From: Eledone cirrhosa
Lineage: Eukaryota
Length of the DNA: 64,000 nucleotides
Assembly (NCBI GenBank): GCA_964016885.1
Contig: OZ024764.1
Coordinates: forward strand, 8,742,001-8,806,000
Direction: 5' to 3'
In this document: positions 28,577 through 44,344 of the stretch, in pieces
Numbering within the stretch: position 1 is the stretch's first letter
Layout of the letters: every line of letters starts with the position of its first letter
Made by a program: the position numbers and the translations under genes
The notes under the pieces: model-generated
What the model saw: the letters and a program-made list of their open reading frames with translations, nothing else
The model's database searches: none
Told to the model about the DNA's origin: nothing

Positions 28577-28838
28577 AATATGGTTTTATAAATATAGTTT
28601 CCATTTATTTAATATCGTATATATATATATATATATATATATTAAAACTGTTATACTCTGCTATGTATTGAGTACCTTACTTACTGTGGTTACCTCCGAT
28701 TCAACCCAGGATAACTTACCTATATATATATATAGGTAAGTATGTATGTATGTAAAAGGTAAACAGAAATAACAACACAATTAGTACAGTATATGGAAGG
28801 GATATATTAGGTTAACGCTTGATATAGCAGGAAGAGGG

Positions 28839-28874
28839 TCTTAACGTTTCGGACGCTAGTCCTTCATCAGAAAA
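28839..28874 (-). ncRNA. Ultra-minimal hammerhead motif
   Basis: rc: TTTT-CTGATGA-AGGAC tagc GTCC-GAAA-CG-TT-AAGA. Confidence 0.6.
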
Positions 28875-28988
28875 AAAGAATGAGAAATAAAATAGATTGA
28901 GGGGACGGGCGGGATGGAATTGGAAAAAATGTCTTTAGATAAAAATAACAGGTCCATTCATGTTGACATCTCTCTCTATATATATATA

Positions 28989-29286
28989 TGAGGCTGTCCC
29001 CCATTAGTGCAATAGAAACCACAAGCAGTCATTAATAACAGGGGACACAAGTCTCCTATCCCGATTTGCTGGCCACTGCCATCATACCACTTCTGAGGCT
29101 GTGACCCCTTTAGTGCTTTGGAAACGACAAGCAGTCACTAATAACAGGGGGTGCAAGCTCTCCTATCCCGATGTCATCTCCAGAGATTCTGGTATTGAAA
29201 TCCAGGACATGGCAACGGCAATGAACGACAGACCCACATGGAGATAAATTGTTGAGTCGATTTCGGATGAGGCCGTCGGATGATGA
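28989..29286 (+). mobile_element. Second RTE family, degraded 3' end
   Basis: EAVTPLVLW...LSYPDVISRDSG...AMNDRPTWR; overlaps in sequence with the end of 29724-29970. Confidence 0.6.
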
Positions 29287-29359
29287 GAAATATGGAAATG
29301 AAAGGGTTAAAGTGTTTATATTTATCTAAAGACCTTCCATCATAATTTTATGTAAGAAT

Positions 29360-29709
29360 GGAGGCACATGGCTTAGTGGTTAGAGCATTGGCTTTGCAAT
29401 TGAAAGGTTGTGAGTTCAATTCTCAGTCCGGGTGATGTGTTGTTTCATTGAGCAAGACACTTTATTTCACATTGCTCCAGTTTACTCAGCTGTAGAAATG
29501 AGATGATAGGGACTGGGGTCCCTATCATTCCACTGCAAAGTGGTCGTGGAGGTGCCACGGAAAAAAAGCACCCAGCACTCACTGTAAATGAGGTTGGTGT
29601 TAGGAAGGGCATCCAGCTGTATAAATCAAGCCAGCATCAGTTCCCGTCCCACCCTTGCAAGCAGGGAAAAAGTGGACGTAAAATGAAATGATGATGATAA
29701 TGATGATGA
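29360..29709 (+). mobile_element. tRNA-derived SINE family A, full length
   Basis: A box TGGCTTAGTGG, B box GAGTTCAATTC, central ttgagcaagacactt..ttgctccag block, (ATG)n tail. Confidence 0.8.
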
Positions 29710-29723
29710 ACCTTTTTTAAGTT

Positions 29724-30083
<360 letters not shown>

Positions 30084-30124
30084 AAGATATTAATAAATGG
30101 AAACTATATTTATAAAACCATATT

Positions 30125-30188
30125 TATTTAATTATATATATTTCAAGGGCGACCAAGCAATCTCGGTGCGCTTTCATCAGATAAAATA
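30125..30188 (-). ncRNA. Minimal hammerhead ribozyme (family of 10206)
   Basis: tatatatatttc-aagggcgacc..ggtgcgctt-tcatcag-ataaaata. Confidence 0.65.
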
Positions 30189-30304
30189 CAAGATTTGTTT
30201 TATAAATAATGACATACCCATGGAAATCAACCTTAGCGGTCGGAAAATTCGCTGGATAGTTGAGTGCTCTATATCAGTTATAAACATTTATTAAATATAA
30301 CTTC

Positions 30305-30387
<83 letters not shown>

Positions 30388-30502
30388 GCAGAGGTTATAT
30401 TTAATTTTAAAATGTTTATAACTAATATAAAGCACTCAACAGTTAAGTGGAGTAAATATACAATATATTAATAAATGGAAACTATATTTATAAAACCATA
30501 TT

Positions 30503-30568
30503 TATTTTATTATACATATTTCAAGGGCAACCAAGGCAAATTACGGTGCGCTTTCATCAGATAAAATA
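30503..30568 (-). ncRNA. Minimal hammerhead ribozyme (family of 10206)
   Basis: tattttat-ta-tacata-tttc-aagggcaacc..ggtgcgctt-tcatcag-ataaaata. Confidence 0.7.
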
Positions 30569-30710
30569 CAGATTTGTTTTATAAATAAATATTGACATAC
30601 CCGGAATATATATATTTATATAGTGACGAAACATAAACTCATAATCCCTTATTTCTGCTATATATATTTCGATGATAGCCATTGAAACATGAACTCATAA
30701 TCCTTTATTT

Positions 30711-30766
30711 ACTGCTATATATATTTCGATGATAGCCATTGAATGGCTATGACCTCATCAGGCAGT
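30711..30766 (-). ncRNA. Minimal type I hammerhead ribozyme (family of 1787)
   Basis: rc: ACTGC-CTGATGA-GGTCATAGCCATT c AATGGCTATCATC-GAAA-TATATA-TA-GCAGT; stem II covaries with the 1787 copy. Confidence 0.78.
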
Positions 30767-30825
30767 TAGTCAGTTCTTAGATATGCCAGCTCTGTGTTTA
30801 TGGTGTTGATGGTATCAGAGCCTTG

Positions 30826-30871
<46 letters not shown>

Positions 30872-30971
30872 TAGATTGAGTTAGAAACTCAAAATAGTCT
30901 TTTACAATTAAGCCTAGCTAACTTGGCCATTTGTAATTGGAACACATGTATTCTTATATCGCCATTCATCC

Positions 30972-31012
<41 letters not shown>

Positions 31013-31057
31013 AGATTCTACAGGACTAGAACTGTTTCATTCTTTAGAAATCATCAG

Positions 31058-31122
<65 letters not shown>

Positions 31123-31179
31123 TATATATACATATATAAATATACACATACACACACATATATATATATACACACACAC

Positions 31180-31232
<53 letters not shown>

Positions 31233-31421
31233 AATATACACACACACATATATATATATACACAGATACACACATACATATATATATATATAAATATACA
31301 CACACACACACATATATATACACACACATATACACACACACATATATATATATAAATATACACACACACACATATATATATATATAAATATACACACACA
31401 CACATATATATATATAAATAT

Positions 31422-31456
<35 letters not shown>

Positions 31457-31475
31457 CATACATACATACATACAT

Positions 31476-31508
<33 letters not shown>

Positions 31509-32856
31509 CATACATACATACATACATACATACATACATACATACACACACATATATATATATATATACATACATACATACATACATACATACACACACA
31601 TATATATATATATACATACATACATACATACATACATACACACACATATATATATATATACATACATACATACATACATACATACACACACATATATATA
31701 TATATACATACATACATACATACATACATACACACACATATATATATATACATACATACATACATACATACACACACATATATATATATACATACATACA
31801 TACATACATACACACACATATATATATATATACATACATACATACATACATACATACATACACACACATATATATATATATACATACATACATACATACA
31901 TACATACACACACATATATATATATATATATACATACATACATACATACATACACACACATATATATATATATACATACATACATACATACATACATACA
32001 CACACATATAAATATATATACATACATACATACATACATACATACACACACATATATATATATATACATACATACATACATACATACATACACACACATA
32101 TATATATATATACATACATACATACATACATACACACACATATATATATATATATACATACATACATACATACATACACACACATATATATATATATATA
32201 TACATACATACATACATACATACACACACATATATATATATATACATACATACATACATACATACATACACACACATATATATATACATACATACATACA
32301 TACATACATACACACACATATATGTATATATACATACATACATACATACATACATACACACACATATATATATATATACATACATACATACATACATACA
32401 TACACATATATATATATATATATACATACATACATACATACATACATACATACACACACATATATATATATATACATACATACATACATACATACATACA
32501 CACACATATATATATATATATACATACATACATACATACATACACACACATATATATATATATACATACATACATACATACATACATACACATATATATA
32601 TATATATATACATACATACATACATACATACACACATATATATATATATATATATACATACATACATACATACAACACACACATATATATATATATACAT
32701 ACATACATACATACATACATACATACACACACATATATATATATATACATACATACATACATACATACATACACACATATATATATATATATACATACAT
32801 ACATACATACATACATACACACACATATATATATATACATACATACATACATACAT

Positions 32857-32895
<39 letters not shown>

Positions 32896-33069
32896 CATAC
32901 ATACATACATACACACACATATATATATATATACATACATACATACATACATACATACACACACATATATATATATATACATACATACATACATACATAC
33001 ATACACACATATATATATATATATACATACATACATACATACATACATACACACACATATATATATATA

Positions 33070-33678
33070 TGGTGGCTGCCAACTCGTTTTCGAGTACGGC
33101 CACTACTTTATATCCATGTAGGAGAACCCCTACCGATGCGCTGAACGAGTGACTTTTTAGTCCAGCCAGCGACTTGAAAACTCTGGTACAAACACTACAC
33201 TTGTGACAATTATTGACACATAGTGCTTTGCCTTTGGTACCATGTGACGACAAGTGCAGAGAGATCTCCAGATACAAAGCAATGCCTGTGCCGTGAAGCT
33301 TTTATAGTGAGCAAAGGCACTGCACAAAGCCAGTCCCACTCTCTTAACCAAGATGATATTTACCAAAAAGAAGAACAAGTCAACATCATTGGATACCATC
33401 AGGGTTGCAGGTGTTATATCAGAGTTTTCCTTCTCCTAGAATTCTGCCTTGACAAAGGCTAAGGGGTCATCTCTCCCACTGATTTTGGATGGCCATTGAC
33501 TCTTAAGAGCTCCTTTGCCCTTTGACAGGTTTTGTTTTTAGTCCTGCAGAATGTCCAAAGTCACCCTCCTCACCAAGAAACCTTGGTGGGGTTGCCAGTT
33601 TAGTCGCCAACGACCCGACCATGAGACAGGTTGTACTGGGATACATGTTACCAGTAGCACCATGTGGTGACCTGACAT
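33070..33678 (-). mobile_element. ~610-bp non-autonomous RTE-derived element, copy 1
   Basis: rc has ctaggagaaggaaaactctg (RTE 5'UTR-like) and ends with a [17 protein letters not shown] zinc-finger remnant. Confidence 0.6.
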
Positions 33679-34416
33679 AATATATATATACATACATACA
33701 TACATACATACATACACACACATATATATATATATATATATACATACATACATACATACATACACATATATATATATATATACATACATACATACATACA
33801 TACACATATATATATATATACATACATACATACATACATATATATATATATATACATACATACATACATACATACATACACACACATATATATATATATA
33901 CATACATACATACATACATACATACATACACACACATATATATATATATACATACATACATACATACATACATACATACACACATATATATATATATATA
34001 CATACATACATACATACATACATACACACACATATATATATATATACATACATACATACATACATACACATATATATATATATACATACATACATACATA
34101 CATATATATATATATATACATACATACATACATACATACATACACACACATATATATATATATACATACATACATGCATACATACATACACACACATATA
34201 TATATATATATATACATACATACATACATACATACACACACACATAATATATATATATATATATACATACATACATACATACACACACATATATATATAT
34301 ATATATACATACATACATACATACACACACATATATATATATATATATACATACATACATACATACATACACACACATATATATATATATATACATACAT
34401 ACATACATACATACAT

Positions 34417-34447
<31 letters not shown>

Positions 34448-34554
34448 CATACATACATACATACATACACACACATATATATATATATACATACATACAT
34501 ACATACATACACACATATATATATATATATATATACATACATACATACATACAT

Positions 34555-34593
<39 letters not shown>

Positions 34594-34997
34594 CATACAC
34601 ACATATATATATATATATATATACATACATACATACATACATACACACCAACATATATATATATATACATACATACATACATACATACATACAGACACAT
34701 ATATATATATATACATACATACATACATACATGCATACACACACATATATATATATATAATATACATACATACATACATACATACATACACACACATATA
34801 TATATATATACATACATACATACATACATACACATATATATATATATACATACATACATACATACATATATATATATATATACATACATACATACATACA
34901 TACATACACACACATATATATATATATACATACATACATGCATACATACATACACACATATATATATATATATATATACATACATACATACATACAT

Positions 34998-35028
<31 letters not shown>

Positions 35029-35093
35029 CATACATACATACATACATACACACACATATATATATATATATATACATACATACATACATACAT

Positions 35094-35124
<31 letters not shown>

Positions 35125-35195
35125 CATACATACATACATACATACACACACACATATATATATATATACATACATACATACATACATACATACAT

Positions 35196-35234
<39 letters not shown>

Positions 35235-35521
35235 CATACATACATACACACACATATATATATATATATATATACATACATACATACATACATACACACA
35301 CATATATATATATATATATATACATACATACATACATACATACACACACATATATATATATATATACATACATACATACATACATACATACACACATATA
35401 TATATATATATATACATACATACATACATACATACACACACATATATATATATATATATATACATACATACATACATACATACACACACATATATATATA
35501 TATATACATACATACATACAT

Positions 35522-35552
<31 letters not shown>

Positions 35553-36007
35553 CATACATACATACATACACACACATATATATATATATATACATACATA
35601 CATACATACACACACATATATATATATATATATATACATACATACATACATACATACACACACATATATATATATATATACATACATACATACATACACA
35701 CACACACATATAATATATATATATACATACATACATACATACATACACACACATATATATATATATATATACATACATACATACATACATACACACACAC
35801 ACATATATATATACATACATACATACATACATACATACACACATATATATATATATATACATACATACATACATACACACACATATATATATATATATAT
35901 ATACATACATACATACATACATACACACACATATATATATATATACATACATACATACATACATACATACAACATATATATATATATATATACATACATA
36001 CATACAT

Positions 36008-36041
<34 letters not shown>

Positions 36042-36099
36042 ACATACATACATACATACATACACACATATATATATATACATACATACATACATACAT

Positions 36100-36136
<37 letters not shown>

Positions 36137-36304
36137 CATACATACATACATACACACACATATATATATATATACATACATACATACATACACACACATA
36201 TATATATATATACACACATACATACATACATACATACACACATATATATATATATATATACATACATACATACATACATACATACACACACATATATATA
36301 TATA

Positions 36305-36913
36305 TGGTGGCTGCCAACTCGTTTTCGAGTACGGCCACTACTTTATATCCATGTAGGAGAACCCCTACCGATGCGCTGAACGAGTGACTTTTTAGTCCAG
36401 CCAGCGACTTGAAAACTCTGGTACAAACACTACACTTGTGACAATTATTGACACATAGTGCTTTGCCTTTGGTACCATGTGACGACAAGTGCAGAGAGAT
36501 CTCCAGATACAAAGCAATGCCTGTGCCGTGAAGCTTTTATAGTGAGCAAAGGCACTGCACAAAGCCAGTCCCCACTCTCTTAACCAAGATGATATTTACC
36601 AAAAAGAAGAACAAGTCAACATCATTGGATACCATCAGGGTTGCAGGTGTTATATCAGAGTTTTCCTTCTCCTAGAATTCTGCCTTGACAAAGGCTAAGG
36701 GGTCATCTCTCCACTGATTTTGGATGGCCATTGACTCTTAAGAGCTCCTTTGCCCTTTGACAGGTTTTGTTTTTAGTCCTGCAGGATGTCCAAAGTCACC
36801 CTCCTCACCAAGAAACCTTGGTGGGGTTGCCAGTTTAGTCGCCAACGACCCGACCATGAGACAGGTTGTACTGGGATACATGTTACCAGTAGCACCATGT
36901 GGTGACCTGACAT
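36305..36913 (-). mobile_element. Same element, copy 2
   Basis: Nearly identical to 33070-33678. Confidence 0.6.
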
Positions 36914-37453
36914 AATATATATATACATACATACATACATACATACATACACACACACATATATATATATATATATACATACATACATACATACATACAC
37001 ATATATATATATATATACATACATACATACATACATACACATATATATATATATACATACATACATACATATATATTATATATATACATACATACATACA
37101 TACATACATACACACACATATATATATATATACATACATACATACATACATACATACACACACATATATATATATACATACATACATACATACATACATA
37201 CACACACATATATATATATACATACATACATACATACATACATACACACACATATATATATATATACATACATACATACATACATACACATATATATATA
37301 TATACATACATACATACATACATATATATATATATATACATACATACATACATACATACATACACACACATATATATATATATACATACATACATGCATA
37401 CATACATACACACACATATATATATATATATATACATACATACATACATACAT

Positions 37454-37484
<31 letters not shown>

Positions 37485-37641
37485 CATACATACATACATA
37501 CACACACATATATATATATATATATACATACATACATACATACATACACACACATATATATATATATATATATACATACATACATACATACATACACACA
37601 CATATATATATATATATACATACATACATACATACATACAT

Positions 37642-37677
<36 letters not shown>

Positions 37678-37781
37678 ACATACATACATACATACACACA
37701 CATATATATATATATACATACATACATACATACATACACACATATATATATATATATATATACATACATACATACATACAT

Positions 37782-37820
<39 letters not shown>

Positions 37821-38215
37821 CATACACACATATATATATATATATACATACATACATACATACATACACACACATATATATATATATACATACATACATA
37901 CATACATACATACAGACACATATATATATATATACATACATACATACATACATACATACACACACATATATATATATATATACATACATACATACATACA
38001 TACATACACACACATATATATATATATACATACATACATACATACATACACATATATATATATATACATACATACATACATACATATATATATATATATA
38101 CATACATACATACATACATACATACACACACATATATATATATATACATACATACATGCATACATACATACACACACATATATATATATATATATACATA
38201 CATACATACATACAT

Positions 38216-38246
<31 letters not shown>

Positions 38247-38406
38247 CATACATACATACATACACACACATATATATATATATATATACATACATACATA
38301 CATACATACACACACATATATATATATATATATATACATACAACATACATACATACATACACACACACATATATATATATATACATACATACATACATAC
38401 ATACAT

Positions 38407-38445
<39 letters not shown>

Positions 38446-38895
38446 CATACATACATACACACACATATATATATATATATATACATACATACATACATAC
38501 ATACACACACATATATATATATATATATATACATACATACATACATACATACACACACATATATATATATATATACATACATACATACATACATACACAC
38601 ACATATATATATATATATATACATACATACATACATACATACACACACATATATATATTATATATATACATACATACATACATACATACACACACATATA
38701 TATATATATATATACATACATACATACATACATACATACACACACATATATATATATATATATACATACATACATACACACACATATATATATATATATA
38801 CATACATACATACATACACACACATATATATACATACATACATACATACATACACACACATATATATATATATATACATACATACATACATACAT

Positions 38896-38926
<31 letters not shown>

Positions 38927-39378
38927 CATACATACATACATACATACACACACATATATATATATATATATACATACATACATACATACATACACACACA
39001 TATATATATATATACATACATACATACATACATACATACACACATATATATATATATATATACATACATACATACACACACATATATATATATATATATA
39101 TACATACATACATACATACATACACACACATATATATATATATACATACATACATACATACATACATACACACATATATATATATATATATACATACATA
39201 CATACATACACACACATATATATATATAGTAAGGAGGTCAACCACCCCACCCCCTGTGCCAGTGTTCAGGTGGTTCCCGACACCGTGACATACCCTTTGT
39301 TTAATCCGGCTACAGCGAGGTCACTGAGTGCACTTGCCATAGATTCTTTCAATGAACCGGACTGTGTGTGTGTATATG

Positions 39379-39445
<67 letters not shown>

Positions 39446-39582
39446 GTATACATATATATACATATATATATATATATATGTATATATATATGTATACATA
39501 TATATGTATATACATATATATGTATATATATATGTATATATATATATATACATATATATGTATATATATATGTATATATATA

Positions 39583-39646
<64 letters not shown>

Positions 39647-39973
39647 GTATATATATATATGTATACATATATATGTATATATAAATATATATACATATAT
39701 ATGTATATATATATGTATACATATCTATATATACATATATATATATACATATATATATATATATGTATATATATGTATATATATATGTATATATATATAT
39801 ATATATATGTATATTGTTATACTTTGGGAGGGTCATGTTGCCAATATATGTATATATATATGTATATATATATGTATATATATATATGTATACATATATA
39901 TGTATATATAAATATATATATATGTGTATATATATGTATATATATGTATACATATATATACATATATATACAC

Positions 39974-40017
<44 letters not shown>

Positions 40018-40041
40018 ATATATGTATATATATATGTATAC

Positions 40042-40106
<65 letters not shown>

Positions 40107-40200
40107 CACACACACAGTCCGGTTCATTGAAAGAATCTATGGCAAGTGCCCTCATGTATATATATATGTATATATATATATATGTATATATATATACATA

Positions 40201-40232
<32 letters not shown>

Positions 40233-40395
40233 ATTATATATATAATTATATATATATATTTATTTAATTATATATAAATATATATACATGTGTGTTTGTG
40301 TGTGTATACAAGCGTGGGCGGGAGTGGGTGTATAAATTGTTTGTATGCTATATAACACACGCGCGCGAGCGCTTGTGTCTATTAGCCCGTGTTTG

Positions 40396-40473
<78 letters not shown>

Positions 40474-40591
40474 TATATGTGTGTGTGTATGTGTGTCTAT
40501 GTATGTAAAAGGTAAACAGAAATAACAACACAATCGGTACAGTATATGGAAGGGATATATTAGGTTAATCTTTGATATAGCAGGAAGAGGG

Positions 40592-40627
40592 TCTTAACGT
40601 TTCAGACGCTAGTCCTTCATCAGAAGA
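40592..40627 (-). ncRNA. Ultra-minimal hammerhead motif (family of 28839)
   Basis: rc: TCTT-CTGATGA-AGGACTAGCGTCT-GAAA-CG-TT-AAGA. Confidence 0.6.
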
Positions 40628-40997
40628 AATAATGAGAAATAAAATAGATTGGGGGGACGGGCAGGATGGAATTGGAATAAATGTCTTTAGATAAAAATAA
40701 CAGGTCCATTCATGTTGACATCTCTTGGAAAACTGTTGGTGCTGGCGTTTTGTGTATGGTATATTTTTTTAGAAAAGTGGATGATGGAGCGCATCTCTCT
40801 CTCTAACTTAAAACTTAAAACCAAAACTGAATACTAACTAATACTATTACTAATTCTCACTTATTCCTAATTAAACTATTTTTCACTGTGAACAATTTGT
40901 CAGCATTTTCTTTTCCGTTTACCAATATACCATAACTTGTGTGTTACACCTCTATTCTTTTAAATATATATATATATATACCTGTGTGTGTGTGTGG

Positions 40998-41037
<40 letters not shown>

Positions 41038-41059
41038 CGACAGATATAGGTACACAAAC

Positions 41060-41103
<44 letters not shown>

Positions 41104-41693
41104 ACGGAGAAAGAGACGATTATTAGGAAGAAAAATTTTTTTTTTTCCTTTTTTGTTTCTCTCTCTCTCTTTTTCTGGGTTAGAAAATGATTAAAACGAA
41201 ATGTTTTACTTTGTGTGAAGTGTTAAGGTATTAGTTGATTTATTTATTATTTAACACTGGCATTTATTTATCTATTTATATATTTAATAATTGTGTATTA
41301 CCGGTTTCAGCATTTTTATGCATTATCAAATGATAGTGAAATGTATTAGTGTATATATATATATGTATGCATGTATGTATATATGTATATATATGTAGTA
41401 ATAATGATAAATCTGAAGACTAAAATCCAAAGAGGGCTCGATAAGGATAAATATATATCAAATATATAAGAACCCTAGAAGATCCCGTTGAGGGTGAAAG
41501 CAGCGATTCTTTGCTTAAACTTTAATCTGTTATTTTTATAAATATATATAAATATATATATATTCGGTATATAAGGATGCAATTCACTTGAAGCACTCAA
41601 CGTCATATTACTTCTTAAAAACAAGGATGACGGAGTATATTTATGAAGAGGTAAATGCGAAGTTGTAGATGCTAGATCCTTTCATTAGTTGAG

Positions 41694-41742
41694 CTGTTAT
41701 ATACATTTCAATGACGATAGGTATCGTCATTTCTTCAGACAG
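41694..41742 (-). ncRNA. Minimal type I hammerhead ribozyme
   Basis: rc: CTGT-CTGAAGA-AATGACGATA cc TATCGTCATT-GAAA-TGTATA-TA-ACAG. Confidence 0.78.
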
Positions 41743-42206
41743 TAAAATTGAAATTGTAACATTTCTGAGGTAATTATGGGTGTAAGGGAGCAGACTAAAA
41801 AAATGCTTGTTTTTGCTTTGGTTTTATGTAAGATAAGGCCTTTACAACAAAAATACAATAATATATATAGAGTAATGTAAATGCTAAAGGGTTAAACAAG
41901 GGAGAAGTCTATAAAATACTGATGAGTTTTGGTTACATATATAGAGATAGACTTACATTAGCATCATTATTATAAAATATTTTCAAAATATATTTCTCAT
42001 TAAACAGGGAAAAAGTCTGTAAAATACTGAAAGTTTTTCGACAGCGAGAGCCGTGAAGAAACACAACTACTGCTACCTTGACTTACCACCAAATTTTGAG
42101 CAAGAAGGATAGAAGAAAATGTATTGCAACATTTGATTTTAATTTTAAATCCTTAGTTTTTAACTCATAATAATTATTTTTTATTTTTATTTCAATTTTT
42201 ATACTC

Positions 42207-42253
42207 AGTATTTGATAAGATGAATTTAATAATACATCGAAACCGGTAATACT
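42207..42253 (+). ncRNA. Hammerhead motif with U3:A8 core
   Basis: AGTAT-TTGATAA-GATG..CATC-GAAA-CCGG-TA-ATACT. Confidence 0.65.
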
Positions 42254-42410
42254 TTATATACTTTATATACATTATAAAACTTTTTTTCTTTAAAGAATTG
42301 TCCCTCTCATTTTTTCAATGATGTCACTTTGACGAATCAAAAAAGAAAAACAGACCCTTAAAATATATTTTCCGTGCTATTTCCAACTTCACCTTTTATC
42401 TATCTATCAC

Positions 42411-43750
42411 TAACCCAGAAATGGGCCAAGTGTAAGCTGTCCCTAAAAGGCCGGGCGGAGGTGGCGAACATTTACATAGCGTCCGTCACTTACTACCGCC
42501 TGACTGTCGTGCCTTGCCCTAAGGAAACACTCACCACCATGGAACGCATGCTCTTCCAATTTCTTTGGAAGAAGCGTCCTCCTATGGTGAGAAGATCCAT
42601 CTGCTGCCAACAACCTTCGAAAGGAGGGCTGGGGATGCCGTGGTTGATGATGCGTAGGCACGCATTAAGGCTACGGCACCTACAGGTATTCCTCACTGGT
42701 CAACCGGTGTGGGCTCCGTTCGTGAAACGAGCCTTTCCGAGACTCGTCTCACTCACCGAGCTACAGTCCTGGGTCAAGCAAAGATCCGGAAAACTGGGAG
42801 ACTGGCACACTGAGTGTGCTCAGGCGCTCAGGGCTCTCTGGCAAGCGGGCCGGGCCATCGGTGGAGAATCCACCTCATCATTCTATAGAGGGCTGGTGGC
42901 TAGCAGGGGCGATGACACCCTTGGAGAGTCGCTGGACATGGAAGAAGACGAACTGGCCAGCCTGTTCGGTAGGACTTTCGGCCCAGGACCAATGGACAAC
43001 TTCCAGAAGTCACTGGCCTGGCAGTGCTACCGAGGGGCTCTACCCGTTCGAGAGAGGCTCTACAGACACGGGCGCCCGGGCAGGGATCCCTCAAAAAAGA
43101 TTTGCCCTAGATGCGTGCGTCACGAAGAAACTGTGGCGCACGCATTGGTGCAATGTCCTGGCGTGGCTGATCTGTGGGGCTACGCCGAACAACTGCTGTC
43201 GCGGGTGGCGCCGATTAAATTGACCGCCGAGTCCGTGATGACAATCAAACCGCCTCCCCTCTTCACAAAGGAAGCAAAGGCGGTTTTTCTGTGCGTAATA
43301 GCCATGTTGAAAGAGGTTGTTTGGTGGACACGATTGAAAGGTCTGAGGTCAGGCAACTTCCTCTCTGGCCATAGTCTGGTCTACTTCTTCCGATATCACT
43401 TCGGAAGAAGGATAAGAATGGAGAGAGAGGTGCTTGGCCACAGGCAGTTTTATGAAAGGTGGGTGATAGTGGCGAGAATGGCTCGTGTAAATGGGCCTTC
43501 TCTGTATACCATCCTGTAGGTAAAGAAGTAAAGGAGAGGGGAGCACCTTCTCCATGTGCTCCCCGGGCAAAGGATTGCACACTTTTTCGGGGGTGTGTGC
43601 AACCCCCATCACGTCCCCTCCCTTTTGAGGTTATTTTCGATTATTTTCATGTTACACCCTTTTTACTCGATTATATGTAAACTCCCCCTTTGTATTTGTC
43701 CCTTCTTTTTATGCCTTTATGGTAAATAAAGAAATCTATCTATCTATCTT
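42411..43750 (+). mobile_element. Tx1/L1-clade LINE, 5'-truncated ORF2 C-terminus + 3' UTR
   Basis: LSLKGRAEVAN...FLW...KGGLGMP...CPRC..EETVAHALVQC (CCHC, zf-RVT type); stop 43519; AATAAA then (ATCT)n tail. Confidence 0.88.
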
Positions 43751-44137
43751 TCTTTAAGTATCACTTTAGAAGGAGAATCAGGGTGGAGAGAGAGGCACTG
43801 CACCCCAGTAAATTTACTGAAAGGTGGGTGAATGAAGCGAAAATGGCCCGAGTGATTGGGCCTTCTCTGTTTATAAGCCTGTAGGTTGAGGAAGAGAGCA
43901 AAAGGAAGAAAGGAGCACTTGCACAACACGCTCCTAGAGTTGAGGGTTGTTCTATCGACGGGGTATTAAACAACCCATTTGTGGCGCCTCCCCCCTATTG
44001 GGGATTTCCATTGTTGAAATTGTTTGTTTTTATATTTTTTACACGACTGTATGTAAAATCCCCGGCATGTCTTTGTATTGTCCCCTTTTCTTGTTGCGCC
44101 CTTGTGGCTAATAAAGAAATCTATCTATCTATCTATC
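43751..44137 (+). mobile_element. Second diverged Tx1/L1 3' end in tandem
   Basis: Homologous to ~43385-43750; ends aataaagaaatctatctatc. Confidence 0.75.
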
Positions 44138-44291
44138 TTCCCTGGGAAGATTAATCATATTATAAGGTATCTATTTTTGAAGTTCTGGTCAACTTTATTT
44201 AGTTACCTACCTAGCTATGTGTGGTTACACACTGGTAAAAATTATCTCCTGTGATTATTCATGTTTATTTATATGTTAATCAATTTCTAGT

Positions 44292-44344
<53 letters not shown>

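Larger units (their letters stand above)
31060..39228. repeat. Compound (TA)n(CATA)n(CA)n higher-order array with two embedded elements
   Basis: Repeating unit of roughly 35-45 bp over about 7 kb. Confidence 0.95.

Noticed and set aside
29360-29430. tRNA gene
   Set aside because: A and B boxes continue into a SINE body and tail; no full cloverleaf or terminator seen.
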